This document shows, piece by piece, positions 1 to 13,434 of a stretch of DNA of 64,000 bases. Position numbers and translations under genes: made by a program. The stretch is from Podarcis gaigeae (lineage: Eukaryota). Positions within the stretch are counted from its first letter, which is position 1. The number at the start of each line of letters is the position of its first letter. The notes beneath the pieces are model-generated. The model searched no databases and was not told the origin of the DNA. It saw nothing but the letters and a program-made list of their open reading frames with translations. The DNA lies in assembly GCA_964106915.2 (NCBI GenBank), contig OZ066915.1; one strand, written 5' to 3'.

Positions 1-86
1 AGCCTCGTCTCTCTCCCAAATGTGCCTTATGGATGCCCACCACTTTTACTCCTAGGACATACATAATCGTATGTACAGTATAAACC

Positions 87-190
87 AGGGATTGTCAACC
101 TGGTCCCTACCGCCCACTAGTGGGGTTTCAGGATTCTAGGTGGGTGGTTGGGGGTTCTACAGCACAAGCTGAATCCTTCCATCGAGCACC
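87..190. mobile_element. hAT-like MITE fragment (one end only)
   Basis: Begins CAGGGATTGTCAACCTG, resembling hAT-Charlie termini; no partner TIR found. Confidence 0.35.
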
Positions 191-889
191 CCTGGCATAA
201 ACCATTAAATAAACTGCAACAATGAAGGCCAATGGGGCCACTGGATCTTAAGGAAGTATGGGGCAGCAACAGTGAGCAGTAACAACAAACAGCTCATACT
301 GAAATGCGTACTTGGTGCAATCTCTGCTCCACAATTCAATAAATACAGCATTTCCACAAATCCTTTTTTCGTTCTCCCACAAATCTTTCATCTTTCATCA
401 GAATCAGAGCACAAAAATCAACCTTCAAGCATGGCTGGCTGTTTTTTAAATTTTAATCTTGAACTGAAGGAACTTGAGTCTGAACCCCAGCTTTTTCTCA
501 CATGCTTGAGAGTAGTGTTGTCAATGACATCACATCAGCAATTTGCAGAGGGACTCAAGATAGTGCTTGAATGACACAGATAGAAAAACACTGGGTTTTC
601 TTTTGATTTCTGCTTATTGGCCTTATATGCCTTAGTCCTCCGCCAGCTTCCGCTCACCTTTCTCAATTAGCATGATAACTTAATTTAAATATATAGTTTG
701 CTGAACTATGGGACACTGGTTTGTGTGTATGTGGTTTTTTAGGGCTATCTGTCAGACTCCTGCATAGCTTTATTTTCCGATTTCTGCACCCAGGACCACT
801 GCAATAAATTCTAGATTTTTTGGAAGATGACAAGGGAATTAAGATTATATGTGTGCACCACTCACATCCTATGCTTCTCACCATTTCCT

Positions 890-1029
890 TGAAGTCTCTC
901 AGCCCCACTCACCTCACAGAGTGTTTGTTGTGGGGGAGGAAGGGAAAGGAGAATGTTAGCCGCTTTGAGACTCCTTAAAGGGAGTGAAAGGCGGGATATC
1001 AAATCCAAACTCTTCTTCTTCTTCTTCTT
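890..1029 (+). mobile_element. 5'-truncated Squam3-like (MIR/Ther1-related) SINE
   Basis: Near-identical to the 3' half of the copies at 9383, 52154 and 55399; ends ATCCAAACT(CTT)n. Confidence 0.85.
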
Positions 1030-2074
1030 ATCAACCAGGGTCAATGAGCAGCAAGCTGAATTAATGTTTTTTGATGCAGGAAAACACACCTTCTGGTGCA
1101 GCCAGGTTTTATATTACAACAAGTGGCATAACAGGTGTGACAAGCGCACTGGCGCAGCAGAGAAGGTTTGGCTATTGCGGGAATGCCGCCTTGCCTATGA
1201 TGAATTCTTTCCTTCGCTGCTTCCATACTTGTCCCAGGGTTGTACCAAGAATAATGTCTGAAAAGCACCTAGATTAAATATCACTGCTGCTCATTATAAA
1301 GTTATAGCAATTTCCTTACAATGACTAGATGACTAAAACAGAGAAGCCACATTCTGCTTTCAGCACTAGCAAGGTAATGCTCAGCAAAGATTCAACAAAA
1401 TCACTGGAGTGCTTCTGGAATAGCTCCATAAGACTGAAATCGGCATTAGGCCTTGGAAACATTAAAATTCCAGCTGCTGAAATAAAGGAATAAGACAGCT
1501 CAGAAATATCTGCAAATACTACTGCTCCTTGTGTTTTCTTCTGGCTGTATCAAGACCTGTAATTAAATAAGGGTGCAAAGAGCGTTCGTGAATATGTCTC
1601 CAGTGGTCAAAACTGCATCAAGGATGTTATACTTTTTGGTTCTGTTTCTACTTCATGCTAATTTATCTTTCTTTATTTGCTTACTTTTTTCTAACTTACT
1701 GTCCAGTTCAAAGTAAGGCAGGATAAAAATCAATAGTTATTTCATGTTAATGGGCTTTTATTGGCAAATAGTATTTCTCTTTGCACTCAAATAGCCCGTG
1801 TACTGTATTTGGTTCAGATTAAATTTTTAGAATTATTATTTCATACATTTGAGTGTCATGTAGGATCATACCCATCAATGTCTCTGTCTAATTGGGGTGC
1901 TGTGTTCATTAGTCACAGCCTGACAGCAAAACAGGTTTTTTTAAGGCCATAAGTATTAAGTCATTCACTTCAATAATCTGTGCTGAACCTCTGAAGTTAT
2001 CAATCGAGAGTAACTGTATAGTGTCATATAATCTTGGTTTACAGGATACTGATCAAAGTGAATGGAGCATGGAG

Positions 2075-2252
2075 CAGAGGTTTCTAAACTGGGATCCACA
2101 TCAGTTAATACAATTACAAACCATACAGCATCTAGCACAGAGAATTACAATTACTACAACAGATAGAAGAATAATTAAGTGGTTCCCCAAGGCCCTCAGC
2201 AATTTTCAAGTGCTCCATGGGGGGTGGGGGTGGGGAAGGTTGGGAACCACTG
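2075..2252. mobile_element. Degenerate hAT MITE
   Basis: Imperfect TIRs CAGAGGTTTCTAAACT ... AGGTTGGGAACCACTG. Confidence 0.45.
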
Positions 2253-4220
2253 ATGTAACATATTTGAGGAAACTATATGTGAACAGATCTCTTTCCCCCA
2301 ACGTGGTTTTGGTTTTGGGTTGCAGTATTGATCACCAGCGCAATGTATGTCAAAGGTAAGTATAAAAGCTACCCCCAAGATTTTAGATTCGCCAGTGACC
2401 TTTACAAGCCAAATAATCCAAGGCTATGTACACATTCCCATTTACTCTGCATGCAGTACACCCCAGCGCTGGTTTGGGAAAGCAGTGTACACAAGGCACG
2501 TGTCACAATCCATTATCTATCCCATCATCTCTTATTAAATATTGTGTTTTGATGCATTTTCCTCCAAACCAGCTTCGATCCACATTGAACTTTAGCACAA
2601 CTAAGCTGCGTTTAAAGCTGGTAATGTGTACATGGCCTAAATCTGCAAACCTCCTTCTCTAAACTAAATTGACCTACTGATATTAGCCCAAGGGAAGCAT
2701 TTCTTCCCATTTTCAACTAGGGCAAATCCCCTTTCCTGACTTTAACATATTCCCCCTTTTCCTGGGTCATTTCCGCTGCTGTAATCAACCACATTAAAAA
2801 AACCACAGTGAACAGAGTGTGTATGTATGGGTGTGGGTGTGTGATAGCTCAGCCCCTTTGAATGCTACCAATTCCTCATGAATTCACTTGGCTTTCTTTA
2901 AAAGTTTAATTTGCTGGTGTGTTTGGAATTGACAGCAATCTCCAGTTTTGCAGCTTGAGGTCCTACCGTTAATTAAATGTCTCCTCTGGCTGAACAGCCA
3001 GCAAGTGCCTTAATTGTCTCCTCATTCACATTCACATCACAGCTTCATGTTCTAGACCCGTAATGAAGGAAGCCTGCACAGCTTCTACAGCTGCTTCTCA
3101 AACGCTCTGGAGTTCAGACCCATCCTGTAGCCCCGGTTTTAATTAGCGTTCGTTTCCTGCCCATTAGGATGAACATATGTACCATCCATTCTCACTATAT
3201 AAGCAGAGTAGTACCTCTTCTTTTTTAAAACATGCAGCGAGGCAAAAAATGACATGTGCCTTCACTTGCATTTGATATTAGGGTGGATGAGAAAACCTAA
3301 CGGATGTATAGGAATAGAAAAATTATACAAAATACTACTGTAAACTCCTACAAATGCTGACCTATATGTAAGAATAAAGCTAGTCTTTGATTTCTGTTAG
3401 CACGACCGTAGTCAACCAGGAACTACCTGTGGATGTGAAGAGGAGAACTCAGAGTAGACAAAGCTGGGGACACTGACAGTGAGCAAAAGACCTCTTAAGG
3501 CCTTAGGAGGAATTCTGTTGAAATGAATTGAGCATGCATTCCACAGCTCAATTTGAGGACCAGGCCTCCAGGTTCGTACACGTTAAGAAGCTATGATTCC
3601 AGGCCCTACAAACTCCATGGTCTGTGACTGGGAATTAAGTCTAGGGAGCAAGACATAACATGTATTGGTCGTTGGGCAACTGCTGTGTTGTCAGCATCCT
3701 GGTAGAACCCACAGTATATACCTGCCCTGGTTCCTCATTTAATGCATAAGCTACTTGGTCAGCATGCAGCCCAATACTGTGAGTGTGTCATAGTCTTGCA
3801 GTGCTAGCAGCATAGTGTGGATGTACCGTATATGGGGTAAAGGGTCAACCCCTTTATGCATGGGCTTCACAGACAATTACTCAGGGTGAATAGCTCACCA
3901 AGTGTTTACCTGAGGAACAATGACAACAAATGCATATAAACTGAAGTCGGGGCAGGGGGCGGGGAATGCAGTTGGAACTAGTAATCTCTTAAAACTCATG
4001 CCCTCTTCCATCTGACAACATTCCAACACATGCATCCTCTCCAAGCTGTTGTTCCATGCTCTCCCTACAACTTCCCCCTCCCACTCAGGGCCTGAACATT
4101 CCCTGCTCCAAGCAACCCCCTCCCTCCAACCACAAAGCCCAAACAAGGATCATTGTATGCACATGTTTATCTCCCATGCGTCAATGGCATTTATTCCCAA
4201 GGCTAAGGCTGAAACCTCTA

Positions 4221-4461
4221 CAGTGGTACCTTGGTTTAAGAACAGCTTAGTTTATGAACAACTTGGATTAAGAACGCTGCAAACCCTGAAGTAGGTCTTT
4301 TGGTTTGTGAACTTTGCCTTGGAAGCAGAACATGTTCCGCTTCCTGTTGAGTGTAAACTGAGTCCCCCGCTGCTATGGGAAAGCTCACCTTGGTTTAAGA
4401 ATGCTTTGGTTTAAGAACAGGCTTCAGGAACAGATTAAGTTCGTAAACCAAGGTACCACTG
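4221..4461. mobile_element. pogo/Tigger-like (Tc1/mariner) MITE
   Basis: Perfect TIRs CAGTGGTACCTTGGTTTA / TAAACCAAGGTACCACTG flanked by TA on both sides. Confidence 0.9.
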
Positions 4462-5228
4462 TACAAAATTTCCCCTCCACCCTGACAATATGGGCTTAAA
4501 AATAATGAGCATGATAGCATCTTTCTTTCTCTATATGGATTTCTAGAGCCAAAGAAATACCGAATAAACTGTGCAGAATGGAAAACCCATTTCAACTCCC
4601 CTTCTTTAAAGTAACAGAAGCACTGAGAAAGGATTGTAAAGCTTTGGAACCTTCTGCCACATTCTTGCTGGATGTTAGCAGTACCCTGAAGCTATAATAT
4701 TTATATAGCCTCAAGTTGGGAGGGGGGAGGTGGAGAGGAAGTTTTAAACTCAAGCCATGCGTTTCTTGTATTTCATTTAAAATTCTATAAGCAGACTATT
4801 TTCAAGCTGCTTCTTTTTTTAATGCATGTTTACACTTGTACAAAGTCCCATTAGGACTGGGAAAGAAAATGTTAAAAATATTATAAAAATATTTCCCAGG
4901 GTAACATTGCATTGATCTATTAGTCTGCTTTCTACATTAAGCACAGGGCAACCCTGAGCAAATGAAGTGAGGTGATTTATGTTAGGCTACGTCTTCGCTG
5001 CTTATGAAAATTTCACTTTTAGCGGCAACACAGTTTTGACAGGATAGCCCGGTAGCTTGCAATCCAAGCCCCAGAGTGCTCTGCCAGCACAAGCCTGGCG
5101 GACCATTGGGCTTTTAGTCGTCTGACAATAATTCATGCTCGGTAAATAATAATGACAGCAGGACTAAACTTTGAAAGCACACGTGGGCCATAAGACTCGA
5201 TAGTTAATAGACGTGGGGGTGTGCTTAC

Positions 5229-5273
5229 CATCAAGCCAAAAATTCTCAACTCTGACTTGAGGAAACCCAAACC
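5229..5273 (-). other. Candidate 45-nt exon of an unidentified gene
   Basis: Minus strand reads ttatttcttcag|GGTTTG...TTGATG|gtaagc; repeat-free flanks. Confidence 0.4.
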
Positions 5274-8239
5274 CTGAAGAAATAATGAGTTATGAAAACT
5301 ATGCTATCTAGTCCCATGGCTCTCAAGCACGCACACACACACCATAGTACACCAGTGGGTCTTCACAGGGCAAAGTGAGGTATGCATGCATAGACTGAGG
5401 TCTGCCAACACAGAGGGGGGTCCTTTCCTACCCCTCTACCCCAACCCGCATGCCCCCTAAACTTGTTCCAAGGTTTTCCCCAAGCCTCCAGAGCAGATTT
5501 AGGGCACCTGATGAGTGTGTTCAGGGACAGGAGAGGGGAAAAGTCCTCTTGTGTCAGTGGATCTTGTCCAGGGCATGTGGCAATTCAGCCAAATCCTGCC
5601 CCAAAATAATAAAATGCATTGGATACAATAAAACAGCAAAAGTTTCAATAAAAACAATTCAAATTCCTACATATCGTTTATCCATCAAAAATCATTTATC
5701 CATCCCTTTCCTCACCAGCAGCTTGCCTCACAAGGTACTCCAATGGATGGCTGGAAAATCATATGGGAGATACACACAGGCTTCCTGACCATCTATGTAA
5801 GTTATTTTGTACAATTTTCTTTGTGTTAAAGATTCAAGCTTTTGATCAATACGGACCGGTTATATGTTGTTGGTGTAACAGCAGCCAAGAGGAGAAATAG
5901 AAAGAGGTGCTATATACCAAGCTTCCATGCCATGATCACTGGAAGGGCTCCCAATTCCCCCCCAAAATTTTCCAAAGGCAACCCAATACATTTCCAAACT
6001 CTCCTCAGCAACTAAAAGGGCAGCAGTAGAGGGTTGAGAAAGCAGAGATTGATGAGTCAATGGTTATATGCGCTTCAATGTATGCGCTTGCGAGCACAGA
6101 ATGACAACTGGCAGCTGAAAGAGAACCAACATCCAACATTTGCAATATAAGCAAAGCAGGCAAGGAATTTTGTGGTATCTTGAAGACTAGCAGATTTACT
6201 ACGCCGCAATGAACCTGTTTGTCTTTAAGCCAAAGGACACTTTGAAAGGTGTCTCTCCTGCCTGATACACTCGCAAGATACTTGGCTTTTCATGGGCTCT
6301 TCTGCATCTACCAATTTGAAAAGGAGTCTTGCTATTTCACTCTAAAAACAAAACATTGTATAATTTAACATTATTTCAGTAACTGCATGTGTACCGCATG
6401 ATCCTGGAGGATATCACATTGCCATCTTCACCATATCTTGGAGGCTCCTAGTGCCATGCAACCAAGGGTAGGCAAGCAGCACAAATGGACACAAGATGGC
6501 CCAGGGCCACTGGGCTCCCACCGCACAGCACACGATGGTCCTGTGGCTCACCGTGACTCTTTCTTTGTACCCTGCTTGTGCCTTGAAACTGACAGCACCA
6601 TTAAAAAAATGCAAAAATGTTGAAATATGGCCTAATGATATGAAGAGTACAAATTCCATCATCAATCTGGTATGTTCCAATTCAATACTTAAAAACAATG
6701 AAATAGCAGTGGCCAGCAGGACCCAGGGGATGGTGGTGACTCAGTATGAGCTGTCTGGTGGGGACAAGAGGGGTGGGCCAGGCAACTGTGCTGAGCAGAG
6801 CTCCAGGCCCACATGCCTGACCTCGCCAACACCACCAGTTTTGGGTGGAAGCATGTCAGGGATGAAGTCTGCATGATTATGATGGCAGGACCGGTGGTGC
6901 AGGCACCACCGCCTTGGGATGGCAACTTATCTGCCAATTAATTAGTAAGCAGCTGGAAGTTGTGGGGAGGTTTTTCCAACCATCACACCAGTGGGGAAGG
7001 GCATCAAGGGCAGCTTACCAACAGAAAATATGGCAGATGGGGCTGGTGCCACTTACTTTCCAGCAAGAAAGCTGCTTGTCCAACAGTAAAAGTAAAATCT
7101 ACTATATAAAAACTTCATATGACTTAAAAAATAATAATAGTATCATTGGTAAACGCTGTTGCAGAGTTACATAGATGTTACCGGGGTGTTTCCTCAGAGG
7201 GCTGCATCCAAATAATTCTGACCAACCTCCCCATCACCTCATGGACCATAGCACAGGTATATGCTAGCTAACTTGCCATGTTTCTTTACTGTCCAAGGAT
7301 TTTTATCAGACACATTGGATTGGTGTGAATTCCTATCGTCAAGTATAAAAAGTGTTGCATCCCAGAGCCTGTATTACGTTAGATATGAATTAGCCCTGGC
7401 AGATTCCTTTTACCACAAATGGAGGTTAATCAGTCTAAGCAGCTGTTCTGGGTTCTCGTGTGCAGTGTTGGCACAGCACACTAATTAATTCATGGCCGTC
7501 GTTTCCTCTCAGGGCAGTTTCACCCAGCTTGTTACAGAGGTCACTGGCTGCAGAATCGGGTCTGCAAAGAGTTAAACAGCAGGTTTTACATTTCACAGAA
7601 AATGGAAGGTGTGAAACAAGGAGCTTTGGCAAAAAGAAAAAAAGAAAGGGAGAAAAAAGTGCAGCCCGGCAGCCCACAAGCACATGCAGGTACTGAATGT
7701 TAAAGGGGGAAAGAATTATTAAAGAACTGGTGAGAGTGAAAAACGATAAATGTGATAGATCAAGGACCCACAGCTTGATTACTATTGTTGCAAGCTGGGC
7801 ATAATAATTGCAATTCTGCAAAACAGTATTCTCAATCTTAATCGGAGAATTCTGGAGAGGCAGTGCAAAAAAAAATATCGAGTTCATAAATTTGTTCTTA
7901 TTAAGATCCTAGGGAGTTGAATTTATCCAATTTCAATGTAAGTCATTACTGCAAAAAAGAGGGTGGGGGAGAAGAGCGCTCAAGCACAGAAAAAAATCTC
8001 CCCTTAGCAGTAAAAAAAAAAAAGGCATGCCTATAGCTTTGTGAAGCACACAGGATATACAAATAAATGCTGGTTTAAAAATCCACCACAGAGTTTCCAT
8101 AATACTTAGTGTTCAGACATTTTGAAGGATAACAAACAGGTGAAGCCCAAACTGAATTATGGATACTGGGGGAGACTGATGTGAATTAATTTAAGCAGGG
8201 ACAGTAAGGGAAACAGATTCAATTCCATGGATCCACGGA

Positions 8240-8405
8240 GCTCAAAGTCGTGTACACAGTTCTCCCTTTTCTTATTTTAGGCTCACAACAACCCTGTGAG
8301 GTAAGTTAGTCTAAGAGATGATGACTGGTCCAAAGTCACCCAATGAGCTGACCGGGGATGTGAATTTTAGTCTCCCAGGTCCTAGCCCAGCACGCTAACC
8401 AGTGA
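8240..8405 (-). mobile_element. Old MIR/CORE-type SINE
   Basis: CTCACAACAACCCTGTGAGGTA...TGACTGGTCCAAAGTCACCCA, the reverse of a CORE-SINE body. Confidence 0.65.
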
Positions 8406-9129
8406 TGGCATGTACAGGCAGAATTACAGCTGTGGCTTCAGTGGAGCAAACATAATACACTCCCCGCTCCCCGACACACTACTTTAAGCCATACTATGGC
8501 TCAGATAACATTACTGGGATGTAATGTAATGGATGCAACCCTGCTCCCTTCCTTTGTGCTGTAGAATAGGGTTGTGTACATAAAAGGATTTGTGCATACA
8601 GCATTAACACCTTGTATTAAGCAGGCTGTTTAATACCCTTTTTGAGTGTTCATGTGTTCCTCATCAAGAGGAAGGCCATGTTTGCTGACTCTGCTGTTGT
8701 GTGTTCTTCCCCATGGGCTGTCCCCACATTGGAAGTGGGGTGAGTCTGATGGGGGAAGGACCTGCCTTATTTAGAACCCTGAGCAATCAAGGAGAAGAAC
8801 CTACATGGTAAATGAAACTCTCTACTTCAACCCTATGCATGGATGACGAGGGGCTGAAATGTAGTATAAACACCGACAGTTGGGAAACAGTAGCCTGCAA
8901 GTGCTTCAATTGGAGAACAGCCTTTACCAAAGGTGTCATGGACTTTGAAGACACTCAAACTCAGGACAAAATGGAGAAACGTGCTAAGAGGAAGGCACAT
9001 TTGGCAAACCCTCACCATGATCGACTCCCGCCCAGAAACGAATGTCTCCACTGTGGAAGGACGTGTGGATCCAGAACTGGCCTCCACAGTCACTTATGGA
9101 CTCACTGTTAAGACTGTGTTCATGGAAGG

Positions 9130-9873
9130 TGTGGCGATATCGCCCCTTTAGGACTGGTTTATGGGAATGGGTTAGATTAGAACCTCCAAAATAATGAGCT
9201 TACATACAGCTGTCCCATGTTGAGGCCAGTGTCACAAGGCAATTGGGTGGAAGTTCCCATAAAAACTAGATTGGTGGGAGCTCTCGGCAGCTAGCCAAGC
9301 CGAGGTCAGCATCTATTTGGGCATCTTGTTCTATTGCTCAGTCTACTGAGATTTAAGTGTAAGCATTTATGTTAATTAGCTGGAGAAGAAGAAGAAGAAG
9401 AAGAAGAAGAAGAAGAAGAAGAAGAAGAAGAAGAGGAGGAGGAGGAGTAGTAGTTTGGATTTGATATCCAACACTCCCCCCTTAAGGTGTCTCAAAGCGG
9501 CTAACATTCTCCTTTCCCTTCCTCCCCCACAAGAGACATTCTGTGAGGTGAGTGGGGCTGAGAGACTTCAGAGAAGTGTGACTGGCCCAAGGTCACCCAG
9601 CAGCTGCATGTGGAGGAGCGGAGACGCGAACCCGGTTCCCCAGATTACGAGACTACCGCTCTTAACCACTACACTACACTGGCTCTAAGTTAGTGTTTGT
9701 TGTTTTCTTACCTTCTGAGCTATTTTAAACTCTATAACTATTTGGAGTTTTTCTCTCTTGTACAGTTTTGTTTTAGTAAAGTCTGCGTATGGTTTTATAA
9801 AATTTGGTCTGGTCCGAGTTCCTGAACCCTTTAATTTTGACCACGCTTTTCGCAGCAAGAGTCATCCGCCACA
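9130..9873. mobile_element. Solo LTR (LTR retrotransposon/ERV) containing a SINE
   Basis: TGTGGCG...CGCCACA inverted TG..CA termini; degenerate 5-bp flanks GAAGG/GATGA; splits the RTE 3'UTR. Confidence 0.65.
9383..9686 (-). mobile_element. Full-length Squam3-like SINE with expanded (CTT)n tail
   Basis: tRNA-like head with A and B boxes, CORE-like GTGACCTTGGGCCAGTCAC, long (GAA)n on the + strand. Confidence 0.9.
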
Positions 9874-10177
9874 GATGACGATCTTAGTTGGCTACGAGTG
9901 AGCGTCAAAGAAGAAAGGAAGGAAGGAAGAAGTGGCAATGGGGTGGAGGCAATGAGTGCAGCTCTGTCTTCCCTTCCCATGTTGGGTAACACGTAAAGGT
10001 GGACCAAACAGGGTTTAATTGGTGGTGGTGCCTCCGCTCTAGTAATCTATACTGGATGGGGTGTTTTCCTCACTGGAATTCTTCAAGAATAGAGGCTGGG
10101 GGTGTTGAGGGTGCAGTAGCCTCTGGATTTCCTGCATCAAGCAGGACTAGATTGTCTACAAGGTCTACAGCTGCCCA

Positions 10178-10220
10178 GAGTGGCTAGGGAAACCCAGCCA
10201 GACGGGTAGGATATAAATTA

Positions 10221-10270
<50 letters not shown>

Positions 10271-10275
10271 TTATT
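10178..10275 (+). mobile_element. L2 LINE 3' tip with (ATT)n tail
   Basis: CCCAGAGTGGCTAGGGAAACCCAGCCAGACGGG matches the 3' end of the L2 at 57108-57596. Confidence 0.75.
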
Positions 10276-13200
10276 TATAACCCCCTCCAACTATAAGATT
10301 GTAGGAGACTCTGAAAACGAAGGAAAGGTTAGAAACAATCGCATAAAGAAGCTTTATGAGGACCATGTACAATCTTTCAATGGTTATATTAGTGTTATCT
10401 AAGTACTGCTCCCGCCAAGGTCAGCACAAGCCTCCTCACTGGATTCACTTAAGAGACACTCCAGGTGTATTACACAAAAAAGCAAATCCAGCACCCAAAG
10501 AACACCTCCCAGATTTCCAGGTTCTATTCCTGTGGATCTGCACTGCCTGCTCTCCTCCAGAGCACCTTGTTCCCAGATGCTCTAACGTTGCAGCTAATGA
10601 TGCAAAATATTCTTTAAAAAAAAACCAAGAACAAAAACCCCAGCCCTTTCATTTCAGCACGCAGGCTTCCCATTTTCACATTTTTCCTTCAACATACCAT
10701 CTGTGCTATGGCAACAGTAATGAGAAGAGTTCTGACACTTCAGGCAGAACTGGTGAAACAAAAGCACACTGAAGGAAGGTCCAGCAACATCTAGAGACCA
10801 GGGGCAAGAATATGATAGGCAAGGAGAAGGGAAACAGACTGAAATGCTTCCGAGGAGAGAGGTGAAAAGTCAATGTTAATAACAGAAATAGATCGCGGAG
10901 AGGAAAGATACTAGAAGCTGTGCTAAATTGTAGTGGCCGAGAGGCAAAACGGCTGCAGGGCCTAGGCCGTGTCCAGAACAGCATTCTTTCCTCATTTAAT
11001 TCATTTCTTCCTTGCTGTGCCATTCCTTACCTACAGCTTTCCCATTCACATGTGTGTAATACTTCTAGAATTGCAAGATTTTACCTTTCAAATATGCTTT
11101 ATGCATCATTGGAGCCGATACGTTATATGCAGAAGCCGTGCAAGTGTTGAGTTGTCTCTCAAGAGGACTGGCACAAATGTTGAGAGCAGAAGCTGGGCAT
11201 GGGCTTCCCAGACAGGGATTAGTAGCAATAATTGCTTCCAAGGACAAATGTCTGGGGCCAGCCGGGTTCTACACGAAGCGCAGATGTAGAGCATCAGGGA
11301 AAAGCCAGAGTCAATAGCTCAAGAATCCATTGTGAATGGTACCAATGCAAGAGTTTCTCCCAATGCAATAGCAGCTTGAAAGGGGGGCCTTTTTTCGGGA
11401 CATGATAAAGGGAGAAATGACTAAATTGTTCTTCCCCATCTCCTGAAGTCCCAATGTTGCCCAGGCTATTGCTATTAACATTTTTTTAAAGCATGCATAT
11501 TAATTGATTTATGCAAATAGCAGCAGTTCTAATATTGTCCCAAGAGGGAAGACAGGAGAAGACAAGTACAGGAAGTGGAGATAGGAAGCAGTCACACAGC
11601 TTAGGGCAAGGAGTTTGTGGGCGCTGGGGAACCAGCAAAGTAACTTTTTGCTCAAGCAATACACTATAAGCTGCTGAGTATTTATATCTAGCAGGGATCA
11701 TTTGCAGCAAATCACCTGCCTTAGAGGTGGATACATGTGAAGTGTCGGTGTCACTGCATCAGACAGCCCTGGGCTGGACCAAGTGTGCAGGAAAGGTAGA
11801 ATATGAGACCCGGCCACTTGCCAAAGCAAAGCTCTCACTTCCAAACCTTGTCACCCTGACATCCAGTAAATTAGATGCAAAATGCAGACAAGTGCTCCCA
11901 CTTGCATAACAGATCATCAAGCACTGTCATTCTGAAATTAACCAAGTACTCTGGTTAATTGGAAGGCAAAATTCATCATCTGTCTAAGAGAAGCTGAATT
12001 GGTCCAAAGCTGCAATGGTATAAAATTCATTGTAAAAACAATAGTCAACCAATAAAGGACCAAGTTTTGGACAAAGTGAGGTCAGTGTGCAGAGACCTGC
12101 TCTCTCCTTCATGCTAATATCAATGCCCAAATGGGGCTTATCTTCCATCCTGATCTTCCTCTAGCAGGGATGGGAGGCCTGCTGCCTTTCACCAGATATA
12201 GATAGACTCCAACTCCCACTTGCCTGTGTCAGCATGGCCAGTGGTATGGGGCAATGGGAACTGTAGCCCAACAAAAGGCATCACATCTCTGCTATGCAGT
12301 GTCTTTTTGGCATGGTGTTTTCAAACAATATAGTGTTGTGGATTAAATGTGTCCCCACCCTTGGAAAGTAATCTCTTTGGAGTCTTCCAACTGTTTGGGC
12401 ACTTGTCAAAGAGCAAGATTTATGGCTCAAGCAAGCCTTAGTGCAAAATGTGCATGTTAAAACATTAGGGAAGCGGGGAAAACAACAAGCAATAATATGA
12501 ACCCTGATTCCCCCTGTCTGGTTCTGGTATACTTATTCCACTCCCGTGCCCTACATTAACCTTTTGACTGAGGAAACAGCCACTTCATGACAGAAATAAA
12601 GTTGCAGAACCCTGGTGGTTAAGTGTAAGCAGAAATCTTGTGCTTTTTTATAATATGTCTAATGTCATCTTTTCCATCGCAGGAGCAGTTCCATCACTAA
12701 TTCTGAATCTGCCATAAAGACGCCAGTTTGTGAAGGGTTTTGAAACAGAGCTGTAAACATTTGATCCAGATTGACTATGAGCATGCTTGTTCCAGGTGTG
12801 CTTATCCAAAAGCCGCCTCGTGGACTTCAGTATTTTCAACAATGTGGTTTGGAGCACTTAGGGAAAGTATGCATTTCCAGAGGCCATGCAGACATCTGCC
12901 CAGCAGCTTGCAGAACCAAATCCTGACGTCAGTACAAGAAAAAAGGACGAGAAAGAAAACGGTCCAAAGGAAATATTATGACACAGATGCAAAATAGCTG
13001 GTCCTCCAGCAAGTATGGTGGCATTAAATGCTCAAACGCAAAGCTTTTTTAATGCTGGTTCACTTCACATGATCTGAACCAAACATGCGTGGAACATGCT
13101 TGGGATGACAAACCTTCTCAGAAAATCAAATGCACCACCATCTATAAAAGCAGGAAAAAGTTGTTTCTTGAAAGTATCCCGAATGGTATTGGTTTCCCTC

Positions 13201-13434
13201 ACTTCCACCAAGCACAGAAAAGTTCCAGGACCAGCAGGGTTGAAGATTTGCCCTCCTATTGGGGAAGCTGGCATTATGGACCCAAGGCTCAGTGGAGCTG
13301 TAGGCAGCGAGCCCAAGGTGAGATTGCAATAGACACAAGACAAGCATTTGGGATTCAATTAGGCCACAACTTCACTGATTACATGTGTTAACATGCTTTG
13401 GTGCAGACACTGGGTGTGCATCCTGAATCAACCA

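Larger units (their letters stand above)
8835..9930 (+). mobile_element. RTE-clade LINE 3' end (ORF C-terminus with C2H2 finger plus 3'UTR), interrupted by a solo LTR
   Basis: Translation ...DSWETVA..NWRTAFTKGV...CLHCGRTCGSRTGLHSHLWTHC*; the 3'UTR resumes at 9874 and ends in a GAA-rich tail. Confidence 0.75.

Noticed and set aside
8812-9111. ORF ending in a C2H2 zinc finger as a host zinc-finger gene
   Set aside because: It is the C-terminus of an RTE-clade LINE ORF, followed by a LINE 3'UTR and tail
11960-12060. Penelope-type repeat with a hammerhead ribozyme (also near 6165-6240)
   Set aside because: Too degenerate; the CTGANGA...GAAA core is not intact
12670-12870. Plus-strand acceptor ttttccatcgcag as the start of a coding exon
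   Set aside because: All three frames stop within about 60 nt and no good donor follows
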